Shown: positions 28,534-39,938, counted from the first letter of the whole stretch. The stretch: DNA of 62,273 nucleotides, filler included, from 11 parts of 11 records of this genome joined end to end with filler, not necessarily neighbours in it, one strand, 5' to 3'. The notes: generated by a model from the letters alone, not told the origin. Numbers and translations: made by a program.

Positions 28534-28724
28534 TCAGGCCAGACTAAAATAATTCGTTAAGGATTGGTCTGAGGATAAGTCATGCGGACGTCGCGGCGCA
28601 TCCATTTATTGTGACTTATCAACAGGTTGATTCCATTTGACCTTGCCCGCGCGGCAAGGCCGAATGGGGCAAGCCCCTAAAAGGCGGGGCAAAATGCCGG
28701 ATTTGCAGAGGAATTGGGACGGAC

Positions 28725-29558
28725 ATGTTCGATCAGGCCGCAAGGCGCACGCTTTACCCCGAAATCGAGCCTTACGGATCGGGTTTTTTGCAGGTTTCCG
28801 AGCTTCATCGCATCTATTACGAGGAATGCGGCAACCCTGACGGCAAGCCTGTCGTCATCGTGCATGGCGGGCCGGGCGGCGGCTCCAACCCCACCATGCG
28901 GCGCACGCATGACCCCAAAGCCTACCGAATCATTTTGTTCGACCAGCGCGGCTGCGGGCGCTCGACGCCTCATGCTGAACTCGACGGCAATACGACGTGG
29001 GACCTTGTGGCCGATATGGAGGTGCTGCGGGCGCATCTGAAAATCGAGAAGTGGCAGTTGTGCGGCGGGTCATGGGGCTCGACGCTGGCGCTGGCTTATG
29101 CCGAGACGCACCCTGCCCGCGTCAGCGAAATCATCCTGCGCGGCATCTTCACGCTCCGGAAACGCGAACTCGACTGGTTTTATCAAGAGGGGTCGGACGC
29201 GATGTTCCCCGATGCGTGGGAAAAGTTCATCGCGCCCATCCCAGAAGCTGAGCGCGGCAACCTGATGGCGGCGTATTACAAGCGCCTGACGGGCGACAAT
29301 GAGGCAGAGAAGATCGCCTGCGCCAAGGCCTGGAGCATCTGGGAGGGGACGACGCTCTCTTTGTACTCCGACCCCGAACGGATCGCGCGCTTTGCCGATG
29401 GGCATTTCGCTTTGGCCTTCGCGCGGATCGAATGCCACTACTTCATGAACAAGGGCTGGTTTGAACCGCAGGACCAGCTGATTGCCAATGCGGGCAAGCT
29501 CAAGGGCATTCCCGGTGTGATCGCACAGGGCCGCTATGATGTGGTGACGCCGATGTTC
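28725..29558 (+). CDS. pip: Proline iminopeptidase (3' end truncated)
   Basis: LYPEIEPY, HGGPGGG, FDQRGCGRS, GGSWG nucleophile and QGRYD. Confidence 0.95.
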
Positions 29559-29658
29559 NNNNNNNNNNNNNNNNNNNNNNNNNNNNNNNNNNNNNNNNNN
29601 NNTTAATTAATTAANNNNNNNNNNNNNNNNNNNNNNNNNNNNNNNNNNNNNNNNNNNN

Positions 29659-30576
29659 TTCTTCCTCATCGTCGCGCTCACCTATTCCATCGTGGTGATG
29701 GGGCTCAACATCCAGTGGGGCTATACCGGGCTCTTCAATGCCGGCGTGGTGGGCTTTTTCGCCATCGGTGCCTATGGCACGGCAATCCTCGTCGGCCCCG
29801 ACCGTGCTCATCTCATCGGCGGGTTCGGCCTGCCCTTCCCGCTTGCCGTTCTTGGCGGCATGGCGCTCTGCGCGCTTGCGGCGCTGATCGTCGGGCTCGC
29901 CACGCTGCGATTGCGCGAGGAATATCTGGCCATCGCCACTTTCGGCATCGCCATCTCGATCCAGCTCGTCGCGCTCAACTTCGAGAGCCTGACCGGCGGA
30001 GCGCAAGGGCTTGTCGGCCTGCCGCGTCCGCTGTTTGGCCTGTTCGATAGCCCCGCCGGCTACAACCTTTTCTATCTGGGCGTCGTCGCCGTGATGGCCG
30101 GTCTCGTCTACTGGGCGCTCGAAACGGCTGTTCGCTCGCCCTGGGGCCGGCTTTTGAAAGCCGTGCGTGAGGATGAGACCGCAGCCCGCTCGCTGGGGCG
30201 GAACCCTGCACGGGTGCGGCTGGAGGTCTTCGTGCTCGGCTGCGTTCTGATGGGCCTGGCCGGCGGGCTTTATGTTGGCTTCATCGGCTATGTCAGCCCG
30301 CTCGATTTCCTGCCCATCCTCACTTTCCAGATCTGGGCCATGCTGATTGTGGGCGGCAGCGGCAACAATCGGGGCGCCATTGTCGGCGCGGTCGGCGTAT
30401 GGGCCCTGTGGGCCATGAGCGGGCTCGCCATCAGCCGCTTCCTGCCCGTCGCCTATCAGTCTCAGGGTGGCGCTATTCAGGTGATCCTGATCGGCCTTCT
30501 GATCGTCCTAACGCTGATTTTCCGCCCGCGCGGCCTGATCGGCGAAGCCGAATCTGTGTCGAAACACGCGGACTGA
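29659..30576 (+). CDS. Branched-chain-amino-acid-type ABC permease (LivM-like, 5' end truncated)
   Basis: GLNIQWGYTGLFN, LREEYLAIAT, SPWGRLLKAVREDE and IVGGSGNNRGA. Confidence 0.92.
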   Translation, partial: FFLIVALTYSIVVMGLNIQWGYTGLFNAGVVGFFAIGAYGTAILVGPDRAHLIGGFGLPFPLAVLGGMALCALAALIVGLATLRLREEYLAIATFGIAISIQLVALNFESLTGGAQGLVGLPRPLFGLFDSPAGYNLFYLGVVAVMAGLVYWALETAVRSPWGRLLKAVREDETAARSLGRNPARVRLEVFVLGCVLMGLAGGLYVGFIGYVSPLDFLPILTFQIWAMLIVGGSGNNRGAIVGAVGVWALWAMSGLAISRFLPVAYQSQGGAIQVILIGLLIVLTLIFRPRGLIGEAESVSKHAD

Positions 30577-30580
30577 GCCG

Positions 30581-31918
30581 ATGAGAACTGCTCACCCCGA
30601 CACATTGTGGCGCAAGACAGCCGGGCCCAAACCGGTTTTCCCCGCCGCCACGGGTGCGCGCAGGGCAGATGTGGCTGTAATCGGAGGCGGCATTGCCGGC
30701 CTGACAACAGCACTGCGGCTTGCAGAGCGCGGGGTGAGCACGGTTCTCCTCGAAGCCGAGCAAATCGGCTTCGGTGCCAGCGGACGCAATGCGGGTTTCG
30801 TGGTCCCCAATTTCTCCAAGGCCGATCCCGAAACGGTGGTTCGACGCCTCGGCGATGAAAAAGGCAAGGCCCTGCTGGACCTCGTCGGCAGGGGTGGCGA
30901 GCGCGTCTTCTCCCTGGCAAACGCCATGGGGCTTGGCAAGCAGGCAGAGCAGACCGGCTGGCTACAACCGGCGCATTCACAAGCCGCAGCGAAGGATTTG
31001 CAAAAACGCGTTGCCGCCTGGCAGGCGCTTGGCCGACCTGTCACATGGCTAAACGCGGAAGAAACGGTCGCCCGCACCGGCATGCCGCTCTACCATGGCG
31101 CGTTGCATGATGCGTCGGGCGGCATGATCAATCCGCTGGCCTATGTTCATGGTCTCGCTCATCTGGCGAACACCGCCGGAGCGGCCATTGTCGAAAACGC
31201 TCCGGTGACCGGCATATCCGCGCGCAATGGTGGATGGGTTGTGCAGACGCCCCATCTGGAAATCACCGCCCGGCGGGTGGTCATGTGCACCAATGCCTCC
31301 GAAAGAGGCATCGCCGCTCGTCTTGGACACGCCATCCTTCCGCTCACCGTATTCCAGATGGCGACCGAGCCGTTGCAGGGTGATGCCGTCAGGCGCTTCT
31401 CACCAAACCGCGAACCCGTTTCAGACACGCGTGCCAATATCTTCACCTACAGGCTCGATGCCGCCAATCGGCTGATTTCCGGAGGCATGGCGCTCAGCCC
31501 CTTCACCGGCGAGCGTCGCATGGGTGAGAAGATCCTCGACCGCCTGGTGAGCGAATTGGGCCTCGACCATCGACCCCGGCTCGCCCATGCCTGGCGTGGC
31601 ACGGCAGCGGTCACCACCGATTTTCTGCCCCATCTCTACAGGCTTGGACCGGGTTTCGTCGGAGCGATCGGCTGCAATGGCCGCGGTGTCGCCTTCACCA
31701 CCATGCTGGGAGACGTGCTCGCCGACGCCGCCACTGGCAGGGATCTCGGCTCTCTGGCCGTGCCGCTCGCCCCGGCGCGTCCACTTCCCTTCCGCCGCCT
31801 CGCCGGCCTCGCGCCCCGTTTCTACCTTGCGAAAGGCATCTGGGACGACCGGCGGACGACGAAAATGCGGCCCAAAGGCCATGTGACAACCAAAACGAAG
31901 AAAGGGGAACTGACATGA
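30581..31918 (+). CDS. FAD-dependent oxidoreductase (DAO/DadA/PuuB-like)
   Basis: VAVIGGGIAG, GASGRNAGF and GCNGRGVA. Confidence 0.9.
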   Translation: MRTAHPDTLWRKTAGPKPVFPAATGARRADVAVIGGGIAGLTTALRLAERGVSTVLLEAEQIGFGASGRNAGFVVPNFSKADPETVVRRLGDEKGKALLDLVGRGGERVFSLANAMGLGKQAEQTGWLQPAHSQAAAKDLQKRVAAWQALGRPVTWLNAEETVARTGMPLYHGALHDASGGMINPLAYVHGLAHLANTAGAAIVENAPVTGISARNGGWVVQTPHLEITARRVVMCTNASERGIAARLGHAILPLTVFQMATEPLQGDAVRRFSPNREPVSDTRANIFTYRLDAANRLISGGMALSPFTGERRMGEKILDRLVSELGLDHRPRLAHAWRGTAAVTTDFLPHLYRLGPGFVGAIGCNGRGVAFTTMLGDVLADAATGRDLGSLAVPLAPARPLPFRRLAGLAPRFYLAKGIWDDRRTTKMRPKGHVTTKTKKGELT

Positions 31919-33177
31919 AATCAATGATCGCCTCCGGCCTGATGGGGGCCGGGCTCGTATTATCGGGAGCAGCAAGCGCACAGGCGCAGGATTGCAAGAT
32001 CGCCGTTGGCTCGGTGCTCTCCATCACAGGCTCCATGGCGGCCATCGGCTCGGCCATTGGCGATGCCGGAAAGCTCGCCATCGACCATTTCAACGAGGCC
32101 GGCGGCGTCAATGGCTGCGAGGTCAATTTCATCCTGCGCGATGATCAGGGCTCGCCCAATGTCGGCGTCGATGCCGCAAAGACCCTCGTCGAAATCGAGA
32201 AGGTGCCGGTGCTTCTGGGCGCCATCCAGTCCGGTGTTTCGCTGCCGATTCTCACCTCGGTCACGGTGCCGGCCAAGGTCACGCAGATTTCCTGCTGCTC
32301 CAGCGCGCCGAGCTTCACCGAACTGGCCAGGGAAGGTGGCACGCAAGGCTATTGGTTCCGCACCCTGCCAACCGACCGCCCACAGGCGGCAGTACTTGCC
32401 ACCATCGCTGCCGAGAAAGGCTACAAGAAAATCGCCGTCATCCATGTCAACTCGGATTACGGTGTCAGCCTCGCTACCCGCTTCAGGGACGATGCCGAAA
32501 AGCTCGGTATCGAGGTGACGGGCGTCACGCCCTATAATCAGGAGCAGGCCTCCTACCGCGCCGAGGTGAATGCGGCGCTTCAGGCCGAGCCTGACGCCCT
32601 GTTCCTCGTCGCCTTCCCGGCGGACGGTGCCACTGTTGCCCGCGAGTGGATTTCTTTCGGCGGCAGCCAGAACCTGATCCTCAGCAATGCGCTTCGCGCG
32701 GATGAATTCGTGGAATCCGTCGGCGCTCAGTATCTCGAAAATGCCTATGGTATCGACAATGCACAGGTCGAGGGCGAGTCGGTGGAAGCCTTCAACACGA
32801 GCTGGAAGGACGCCAAGGGCTCCGACCCAAACGGCCCCGGCCTCCACGTGATGTATGACGCTGCCGCTGTCGCACTTCTGGCAATGGAACAGGCGGGCGA
32901 AGCCGATGGCACCGCAATCCGCGACAATATCCGCAAGGTGACTGGCGGCGAAGGCGAACCGATCTATCCTGGCGCCGAGGGCTTCAAGAAGGCCAAGGCC
33001 CTGATCGCCGAGGGCAAGCCCATCCGCTATGTGGGTGCGACCGGGCCCATCACCTTTGACGAGAACGGCGATGTGACCGGCCCTTACCTCATCTACGGCG
33101 TCAAGGACGGAGAACTGGCAACGCTCGACCGCTGGGACAAAGCCCGCGTCGAGGCAGCGCTCGAAAAACTGCAATAG
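31915..33177 (+). CDS. ABC transporter substrate-binding protein (Leu/Ile/Val-binding family)
   Basis: Signal peptide ending ASAQA; NEAGGVNG, YWFRT and GATGPITFDENGD. Confidence 0.92.
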   Translation: MKSMIASGLMGAGLVLSGAASAQAQDCKIAVGSVLSITGSMAAIGSAIGDAGKLAIDHFNEAGGVNGCEVNFILRDDQGSPNVGVDAAKTLVEIEKVPVLLGAIQSGVSLPILTSVTVPAKVTQISCCSSAPSFTELAREGGTQGYWFRTLPTDRPQAAVLATIAAEKGYKKIAVIHVNSDYGVSLATRFRDDAEKLGIEVTGVTPYNQEQASYRAEVNAALQAEPDALFLVAFPADGATVAREWISFGGSQNLILSNALRADEFVESVGAQYLENAYGIDNAQVEGESVEAFNTSWKDAKGSDPNGPGLHVMYDAAAVALLAMEQAGEADGTAIRDNIRKVTGGEGEPIYPGAEGFKKAKALIAEGKPIRYVGATGPITFDENGDVTGPYLIYGVKDGELATLDRWDKARVEAALEKLQ

Positions 33178-33184
33178 CAGTCAG

Positions 33185-33222
33185 GGGCTGGCCTTCGCTC
33201 TCGCAGCCCAGCCAGCCCTTTT
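33185..33222 (+). terminator. Hairpin plus U-tract after the SBP gene
   Basis: GGGCTGGC...GCCAGCCC-TTTT. Confidence 0.5.
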
Positions 33223-33255
33223 GTTTCAAAGCCCCAATGACAGGACTGAAATTCC

Positions 33256-34425
33256 ATGCCGAGTTTCGCAAAACGCATCACCCACACGTCCAAGAAGAGC
33301 TACGGCATGGTTGCCAAGGCGGCCGCGCTCCCTACCGAAGGTCGGGACATCATTCATCTCGAACTCGGCCAGCCCATTCACGACACACCCGACCATATCA
33401 AGGACGCCGCCATTCAGGCCCTCAGGGACGGGCACGTCCACTACAGCGATCTACAGGGCATCCTGCCGCTGCGCGAAGCCATGGCGGAGAAGGTTCGCAG
33501 CTATAATGGCATCGATGTTTCGGCTTCCGAGATCGTGGTCACCAACGGACTGACCCAGGCTTCTTTTGCTGCCTTCATGGCGCTGCTCGACCATGATCAG
33601 GAGTGCATTCTTCTCGAACCCTATTACCCGCAGCATGTCGGCAAGATCGAGATGGCAGGCGGCAAGCCGGTCATGGCCCCGCTCGACCGGGAGAACGGAT
33701 TTGCCATCCGACGCGACCTCATCGAGAAGCACATCACCCCCAAAACGCGCATGATCGCCATCGTCAACCCGTGCAACCCAACTGGCCGCGTCTATACGCG
33801 CGAGGAGTTGCAGGTGGTGGCGGACCTTGCCATCGAGCATGATCTGTGGGTCATCGCGGACGAAGTCTACGAGCAGATTCTTTTCGACAACGCCAGACAC
33901 ATCAGCATTGCCTCCCTGCCTGGCATGAAGGAACGCACCGTAACCATGTTCGCCTTTACCAAGGCTTACGCGATGGATGGCTGGCGGCTCGGCTACATCG
34001 CCGCCGATCAAAGCCTGATCTCCGCCCTGATGAAAATCACCACCACCGAGGTCACCCACGTCAACACCTTCATCCAGCACGCTGCGATAGCCGCCCTCAA
34101 GGGGCCGGCCTCCGCGCTTCAGGACATGGTGGATGATGATTGTCGCAAGCGTGATATGGTGGTGAGCCGCCTGAACCAGATGCCCGGCGTGAAGTGCGCC
34201 CGGCCCGAAGGCACGATCTATGCCTTTCCCGACATCAGCGGAACAGGGCTAAGCGCACAGGCTGCCGCCGACGCCATTCTGGAAAAGGTCGATGTGGTGG
34301 TCGAGGCGGGAAGTTTTTATGGCACAGCCGGCGAACACCATCTGCGCGTGTGCTTCGGGTCGCAAAGCCACGAACGCCTCGAGGAGGCCATGGATCGTCT
34401 TGGACGCTTCTTCAACGATCTGTAG
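33256..34425 (+). CDS. PLP-dependent aminotransferase class I/II
   Basis: NPCNPTG, ADEVYE and FTKAYAMDGWRLGY. Confidence 0.93.
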   Translation: MPSFAKRITHTSKKSYGMVAKAAALPTEGRDIIHLELGQPIHDTPDHIKDAAIQALRDGHVHYSDLQGILPLREAMAEKVRSYNGIDVSASEIVVTNGLTQASFAAFMALLDHDQECILLEPYYPQHVGKIEMAGGKPVMAPLDRENGFAIRRDLIEKHITPKTRMIAIVNPCNPTGRVYTREELQVVADLAIEHDLWVIADEVYEQILFDNARHISIASLPGMKERTVTMFAFTKAYAMDGWRLGYIAADQSLISALMKITTTEVTHVNTFIQHAAIAALKGPASALQDMVDDDCRKRDMVVSRLNQMPGVKCARPEGTIYAFPDISGTGLSAQAAADAILEKVDVVVEAGSFYGTAGEHHLRVCFGSQSHERLEEAMDRLGRFFNDL

Positions 34426-34503
34426 AGCGAGGATCGCAGATATGGACCCTCGCCCATTGTACGGCTATCAAGGGGCCGAGCGGCACAAAACGAGGAAACG
34501 GCG

Positions 34504-35202
34504 ATGAGTGAATTGCAACTGGGGGAAGGACTGCAGCCCGTCTCCACTCGAGTCACCATCGGCGACGGCGTCTACCATCAGTTGCGCAACGCATTGATTG
34601 TCGGCCGGTTTGATCCGGGCCAGATCATGACCATAAAGGCGCTTGCCGCCACCTTCGGCACCAGCCCCATGCCAGTCCGTGAAGCCTTGCGTCGGCTCGG
34701 CGCCGAAAATGCCCTGGAAATCGCGGCCAACGGCTCAGCACATGTGCCGCCCGTTTCCGCCCGGAGGCTCGACGATATCTGCCAGGCGCGGGTGGCGCTT
34801 GAAGGACTGGCAACCGAGCAGGCCGCCGAACGTATCAGCGACGAGGAAGTTGCCAATCTGGAGCGGCTGGTCGAAGCGCATGAATCCATTCATGCGGCGG
34901 GTGACGTTTATGAAATGCTGCTCAAGAACCGGGATTTCCACTTCGCCATCTATGCGGCATCACGTTCTGATGTGCTTATGCAGCTGATCGATTCCTTATG
35001 GCTGCGCTACGGCCCCTATATGCGGATGCTTTCATCCTATATCGCGCCGAAACTTGGGACAGGGCTGCATGAGCCATTCTCCAAGCACCACCACGCTATT
35101 GTCGGAGCTCTCAAACAGCGCAATGCCGTGGAAGCGCGCGCCCATATGGTCGCCGACATCACTGGCACGCAGGCCCTGCTGCGCCAACTCTGCGAGGATG
35201 AC
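34504..35202 (+). CDS. GntR/FCD family regulator (stop codon beyond the contig edge)
   Basis: LAATFGTSPMPVREALRRL HTH; NRDFHFAIY FCD motif. Confidence 0.92.
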
Positions 35203-35317
35203 NNNNNNNNNNNNNNNNNNNNNNNNNNNNNNNNNNNNNNNNNNNNTTAATTAATTAANNNNNNNNNNNNNNNNNNNNNNNNNNNNNNNNNNNNNNNNNN
35301 NNTCTCTGTGCCCTTGG

Positions 35318-35380
35318 GTGAATTCGACCTACCCGCATACGACTCGTAGGTCGTGTTAGGCCGCAGGCCGTAACCCGACA
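35318..35380. repeat. Back-to-back GTAG-family REP-like elements
   Basis: GTAGGTCGTGTTAGGCCGCAGGCCGTAACCCGACA (35346-35380) and an inverted CGACCTAC end (35325-35332). Confidence 0.6.
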
Positions 35381-35405
35381 TTCCTGCCGTGGTTTGATTT
35401 CAACA

Positions 35406-35443
35406 GACATAAAAAAACCGGCGCTAGCCGGTTTTTTTATGTC
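35406..35443 (-). terminator. Bidirectional rho-independent terminator of metG
   Basis: Perfect 17-bp inverted repeat GACATAAAAAAACCGGC-gcta-GCCGGTTTTTTTATGTC. Confidence 0.9.
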
Positions 35444-35448
35444 GCTAA

Positions 35449-37482
35449 TTAGCGCACTTCCATGCCCGGTGTGGCGCCGCTATCCGGGCTGAGGATGTGG
35501 ATATCATCCCCGCCGGGGCCGGCGGCCAGCACCATGCCTTCAGAGACACCGAACTTCATTTTCCGTGGCGCCAGGTTGGCCACCAATACCACCAGTTTGC
35601 CTTCCAGCTCTTCTGGTGCGTAGCGGGATTTGATACCAGCGAACACATTACGCTCGCCCAGCTCGCCCACATCCAGTGTCAGTTGCAGCAGCTTGTCGGC
35701 GCCTTCCACGTGAGCCGCCTTGGCCACGCGTGCCACGCGCAGTTTCACCTTGAGGAAATCATCAATGCTGATGGTGTCGTCGCCTGCGTCCGCTTTTTTT
35801 GCGTCTGCTTTCTTGGGCTTGTCGGCAACCGGTGCGGGTGTGCTGTCCTTGGAATCCGCCAGCATGGATTCCACCTGCGCCACGTCGATACGGTTGAGTA
35901 GGGGTTTGAACTTGGCGATTTCATGGCCTAACAGCAACTGGTCCGCGTCTGCCCAGGTAAGCGGTTCCACCTGCATGAAAGCTTCGGCACGCTCGGCCAA
36001 AGCCGGCAAAACCGGTTTCAGGTAGATCACCAGCAGGCGGAAGACGTTGATGGCGGTGCTACAGATGGCCAGTACTTCCTGCTCTTTGCCGTCTTCCTTG
36101 GCCAGGCTCCAGGGCGCCTTGTCGGCGATGTAGCCATTGGCGTGGTCAGCCAGTGCCATGATTTCACGCATGGCCTTGCCGAATTCCCGCTTCTCGTAGA
36201 AATCCGCAATGCGTGGGCCCGCTTCCTGGACTTCGCGCACCAGCATCATGTTGTCCAGATCGGTACTGAGTGTACCGCCGAACTTTTTCACGAAGTTGCC
36301 GGTGCGGCTGGCGATGTTGACCAGCTTGCCGACCAGATCCGAATTCACCCGTTGAGCGAAGTCTTCCAGATTCAGGTCGAAATCATCCACACGACTGGAG
36401 AGCTTGGCGGCGAAATAGTAGCGCAGGTACTCCGGGCTCAGGTGGTCCAGATAGGTGCGGGCCTTGATGAAGGTGCCGCGGGACTTGGACATTTTGGCGC
36501 CGTTCACGGTGACAAAGCCGTGGCTGTAGATGGCGGTGGGTTTGCGCAACCCGGCGCCGTCCAGCATGGCGGGCCAGAACAGACCGTGGAAGTTGATGAT
36601 GTCCTTGCCGATGAAATGGTACAGCTCGGCGGTGGAATCCTTGCCCCAGTAATCGTCGAAGCTCAGGCCTTCGCGGTCACAGTAGTTCTGGAAGCTGGCC
36701 ATGTAGCCGATGGGGGCATCCAGCCACACGTAGAAATATTTGCCCGGGTAGCCGGGGATCTCGAAGCCGAAGTAGGGGGCTTCGCGGGAGATATCCCAGG
36801 GCTGCAGGTCTTCGATCCATTCCTGCAGCTTGTTGGCCACCTGCTCCTGCAGGGCGCCGGATCGGGTCCACTCGCGCAGCAGAGGTTCGAACTTGGGCAG
36901 GTCGAAGAATAGCTGGGTGGTTTCCTTTTCAACCGGGGTGGCGCCGCTGACCGAGGAGTAGGGATCGATCAGCTCTGCCGGTGTATAGGTGGCACCGCAG
37001 ACTTCGCAGTTGTCGCCGTACTGGTCTTCGCTCTTGCACTTGGGGCAGGTGCCCTTGACGAAGCGGTCTGCCAGGAACATGCCTTTTTGCGGGTCATACA
37101 ACTGGGTAATGGTCTTTTCCAGAATATAGCCGGCATCCTTGTTGCGCTGGAACACCATTTCCGACAACGCCCGGTTTTCGGGGCTGTGAGTGCTGTAGTA
37201 GTTGTCGAAATTGACCTGGAAGTCGGCAAAGTCCCGCTCATGGTCCGCTTTCACCTGGGCAATCTGCTGTTCCGGAGTGACGCCGTTTTCCTCGGCCTTG
37301 AGCATGATGGCGGTGCCGTGGGCATCGTCAGCGCAAACATAGGTGCATTGCTGGCCACGGAGCTTCTGGAAGCGAACCCAGATGTCGGTCTGGATGTATT
37401 CCAGCAAATGGCCGAGATGGATGGGCCCATTGGCATAGGGGAGGGCACTGGTGACCAGTATCTTGCGGGGAGTGTCACTCAT
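35449..37482 (-). CDS. metG: Methionine--tRNA ligase
   Basis: [12 protein letters not shown], Zn knuckles CPKC and CEVC, WDISR, KMSKS and a C-terminal tRNA-binding domain. Confidence 0.98.
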   Translation of the reverse strand: MSDTPRKILVTSALPYANGPIHLGHLLEYIQTDIWVRFQKLRGQQCTYVCADDAHGTAIMLKAEENGVTPEQQIAQVKADHERDFADFQVNFDNYYSTHSPENRALSEMVFQRNKDAGYILEKTITQLYDPQKGMFLADRFVKGTCPKCKSEDQYGDNCEVCGATYTPAELIDPYSSVSGATPVEKETTQLFFDLPKFEPLLREWTRSGALQEQVANKLQEWIEDLQPWDISREAPYFGFEIPGYPGKYFYVWLDAPIGYMASFQNYCDREGLSFDDYWGKDSTAELYHFIGKDIINFHGLFWPAMLDGAGLRKPTAIYSHGFVTVNGAKMSKSRGTFIKARTYLDHLSPEYLRYYFAAKLSSRVDDFDLNLEDFAQRVNSDLVGKLVNIASRTGNFVKKFGGTLSTDLDNMMLVREVQEAGPRIADFYEKREFGKAMREIMALADHANGYIADKAPWSLAKEDGKEQEVLAICSTAINVFRLLVIYLKPVLPALAERAEAFMQVEPLTWADADQLLLGHEIAKFKPLLNRIDVAQVESMLADSKDSTPAPVADKPKKADAKKADAGDDTISIDDFLKVKLRVARVAKAAHVEGADKLLQLTLDVGELGERNVFAGIKSRYAPEELEGKLVVLVANLAPRKMKFGVSEGMVLAAGPGGDDIHILSPDSGATPGMEVR

Positions 37483-37686
37483 GGGAACGGCGTCGTTTTC
37501 CAAAAAATGGGTGGCCTATGATACGGGTGCTGCCGTTGTTTTTCATCCTGTGTTATTTGCCATTTGCGGTGCAGATTTTGTGCACTTACTGACGGCCATA
37601 CCGCGAACGGCACCGCTGAAGTGAACAGGCGTTGTGGCGTTGTGGCGATCTGCTAGGGTTTGCGGTTAGTTGTGAGGGGGTGGGCA

Positions 37687-39786
37687 ATGTCGCTGAGAGT
37701 TCGTATTCGCTGGTTACTGGTGGTCTCTGCCGCTATCTGTGTGGCGCTGGCAACGGTGGCTCTGTATTGGGTAAACCTGTCGTTGGTGGATACCCTCGCG
37801 GAGCGCAATGCGGAACGTGAGCTGGGCAAGGTGGAGGCTGCTTTTCTCGACCAGTTGTCGGTGTTGCGGGTACGGGCACAGGACTGGAGCCAGCAGCCTG
37901 AACAGGCTCCGCTGAATCAGGGGGGGGTTGGCCATCTGGACCTGATGATGGCGCTGGATAACGATGACATTCGTTGGGATAACGGGGAGCCGGGAGCGGA
38001 TTCGCCGGTGTTCGAGACCTTGGCGCGGCGTTTCACTGAGCAGGGCTGCATGCCGATTTGGGGGGTGGTGAAGGTAGAGGGAAGGCCTTTGCTGTTCAGT
38101 ACCGCGGTGGAGAATGGCTGTCAGGCTTATCTGCTGGGGGTGTGGCTGGATAGCGGTTGGTTGAGTTACCTGTCCGAGCGGGTAGGGCATGCCTTGTACG
38201 TGCAGGAGGCCCAGGGTGACGGTCAGTTAATTCGTGGTCTGGGCGAGGTGGAAGGCGGGCAGTTACAGGGGCGTTTTCCCATTCCGGATTTCCTCGGGGG
38301 CACGCCGTTGGCGGTGATTGTCGAGATCCCCCATGACGGTTACCAGAGCATGCTCTATGCGGTCTTGTTGGTGGCGTTGATTATGGTGGTGCTGACCTCG
38401 ATAACCGTGTTCGTCATCAATTGTCGTATTCAGCCCATGCTTTTTGGACGCTTGAGGCTGGTGCATAACGCCGTTCGATCGATTGCCCGTGGTGGAGCGC
38501 TGGATCAGCGTGTACCGGTGCTGGGCCGCGACGAAATCGGTGTACTGGCGGAAGACTTCAACGCCATGGTGGACAGTATTCACCATGCCCAGACTCAGCT
38601 CGCGCAAGCCAGGATGCAGGCAGAGGATGCCAGCCAGACCAAAAGCCAGTTCCTGGCCAATATCAGCCATGAAATCCGCACGCCAATGACGGCCATTCTC
38701 GGTTACACCGAACTGCTGCGGGATGGCTCGCTGAGTGCCGCAGACAAGCGGCGCTACCTGACCATCATTCAGCACAACGGCGATGCGCTACTGGCGCTGA
38801 TTAACGATGTGTTGGATCTGTCACGGATCGAGGCGGGCCAATTGCATCCGGAGCAACGGCTGTTTTCTGTGCGGGTGTTGCTCGATGAGATCCTCGACAG
38901 TCTGCAGTTGCGGGCCACCGAGAAAGACATTGTTCTGCGTATTCATTACCTGACGGACATGCCGCCAACGGTTAGTGGGGATGCGTTTCGCCTGCGCCAG
39001 ATACTGGTCAATCTGATTGGTAATGCGGTGAAGTTTACCGAGCGCGGGCGGGTGCATGTGGGGGTTAACTGGAATGAAGAGGCGTCGCGTCTGAATGTGT
39101 CAGTGGAAGATACCGGGATTGGTATCAGTGAAGGCGAGCTGAGCCGCATCTTCCAGCCCTTCTCCCAGGCTGATGCGTCGCATACCCGTCGCTATACCGG
39201 CACCGGTCTGGGGTTGAGCATTGCGCGACAATTGGCCCGTGCCCAGGACGGTGACATCCAGGTCTTCAGTACCCTGAATAAGGGTAGCTGCTTTGTGCTG
39301 GATATTCCGCTGATGCGTGCCTGTGACACGGTTTCACAAACTGCTGGCGACAGGCCGGATACCCTGCCAGCTTCCCGGGAAGCGCTGGCTTCGCTGCAGG
39401 GGGGGCGGGCGTTGTTGGTGGAGGACAACGAAGTGAACCGTCTGTTTGTCCGCAAGGTGCTGGAGCAGGTGGGCATGCAGGTAACCGAAGCAGAGCACGG
39501 GCGAGAAGCCTGTGCGGTCTTTAATGACGCCGGCGGCGCTTACGATTTAGTGGTGCTGGATATGCAGATGCCGGTGATGGATGGCTATGAAACTGCGCAT
39601 GCCCTGCGCGACCGGGGGTTTGACGGGCCGCTGCTGGCTCTGACGGCCAACGTGCTGGCAGTGGATCGCCAGCGTTGCCTGGACGCCGGTTGTGATGCCT
39701 TTCTGGGTAAACCGGTACGGGTCAGGGAGTTGCTGGCGGTGTGCGCGCAGCTCCTTAACCCGTCAGGTGTTTCCGTTAGCCGGTAA
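37687..39786 (+). CDS. Hybrid sensor histidine kinase (periplasmic sensor-HAMP-HisKA-HATPase-REC)
   Basis: FLANISHEIRTP, NLIGNAVKFT, DTGIG, GTGLGL and a REC domain with LDMQMP. Confidence 0.93.
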   Translation: MSLRVRIRWLLVVSAAICVALATVALYWVNLSLVDTLAERNAERELGKVEAAFLDQLSVLRVRAQDWSQQPEQAPLNQGGVGHLDLMMALDNDDIRWDNGEPGADSPVFETLARRFTEQGCMPIWGVVKVEGRPLLFSTAVENGCQAYLLGVWLDSGWLSYLSERVGHALYVQEAQGDGQLIRGLGEVEGGQLQGRFPIPDFLGGTPLAVIVEIPHDGYQSMLYAVLLVALIMVVLTSITVFVINCRIQPMLFGRLRLVHNAVRSIARGGALDQRVPVLGRDEIGVLAEDFNAMVDSIHHAQTQLAQARMQAEDASQTKSQFLANISHEIRTPMTAILGYTELLRDGSLSAADKRRYLTIIQHNGDALLALINDVLDLSRIEAGQLHPEQRLFSVRVLLDEILDSLQLRATEKDIVLRIHYLTDMPPTVSGDAFRLRQILVNLIGNAVKFTERGRVHVGVNWNEEASRLNVSVEDTGIGISEGELSRIFQPFSQADASHTRRYTGTGLGLSIARQLARAQDGDIQVFSTLNKGSCFVLDIPLMRACDTVSQTAGDRPDTLPASREALASLQGGRALLVEDNEVNRLFVRKVLEQVGMQVTEAEHGREACAVFNDAGGAYDLVVLDMQMPVMDGYETAHALRDRGFDGPLLALTANVLAVDRQRCLDAGCDAFLGKPVRVRELLAVCAQLLNPSGVSVSR

Positions 39787-39938
39787 TGTCTCTGGAAACC
39801 TGGGGAAGCTCTGAATAACTCCTTGCATGCTCAGTCTTNNNNNNNNNNNNNNNNNNNNNNNNNNNNNNNNNNNNNNNNNNNNTTAATTAATTAANNNNNN
39901 NNNNNNNNNNNNNNNNNNNNNNNNNNNNNNNNNNNNNN

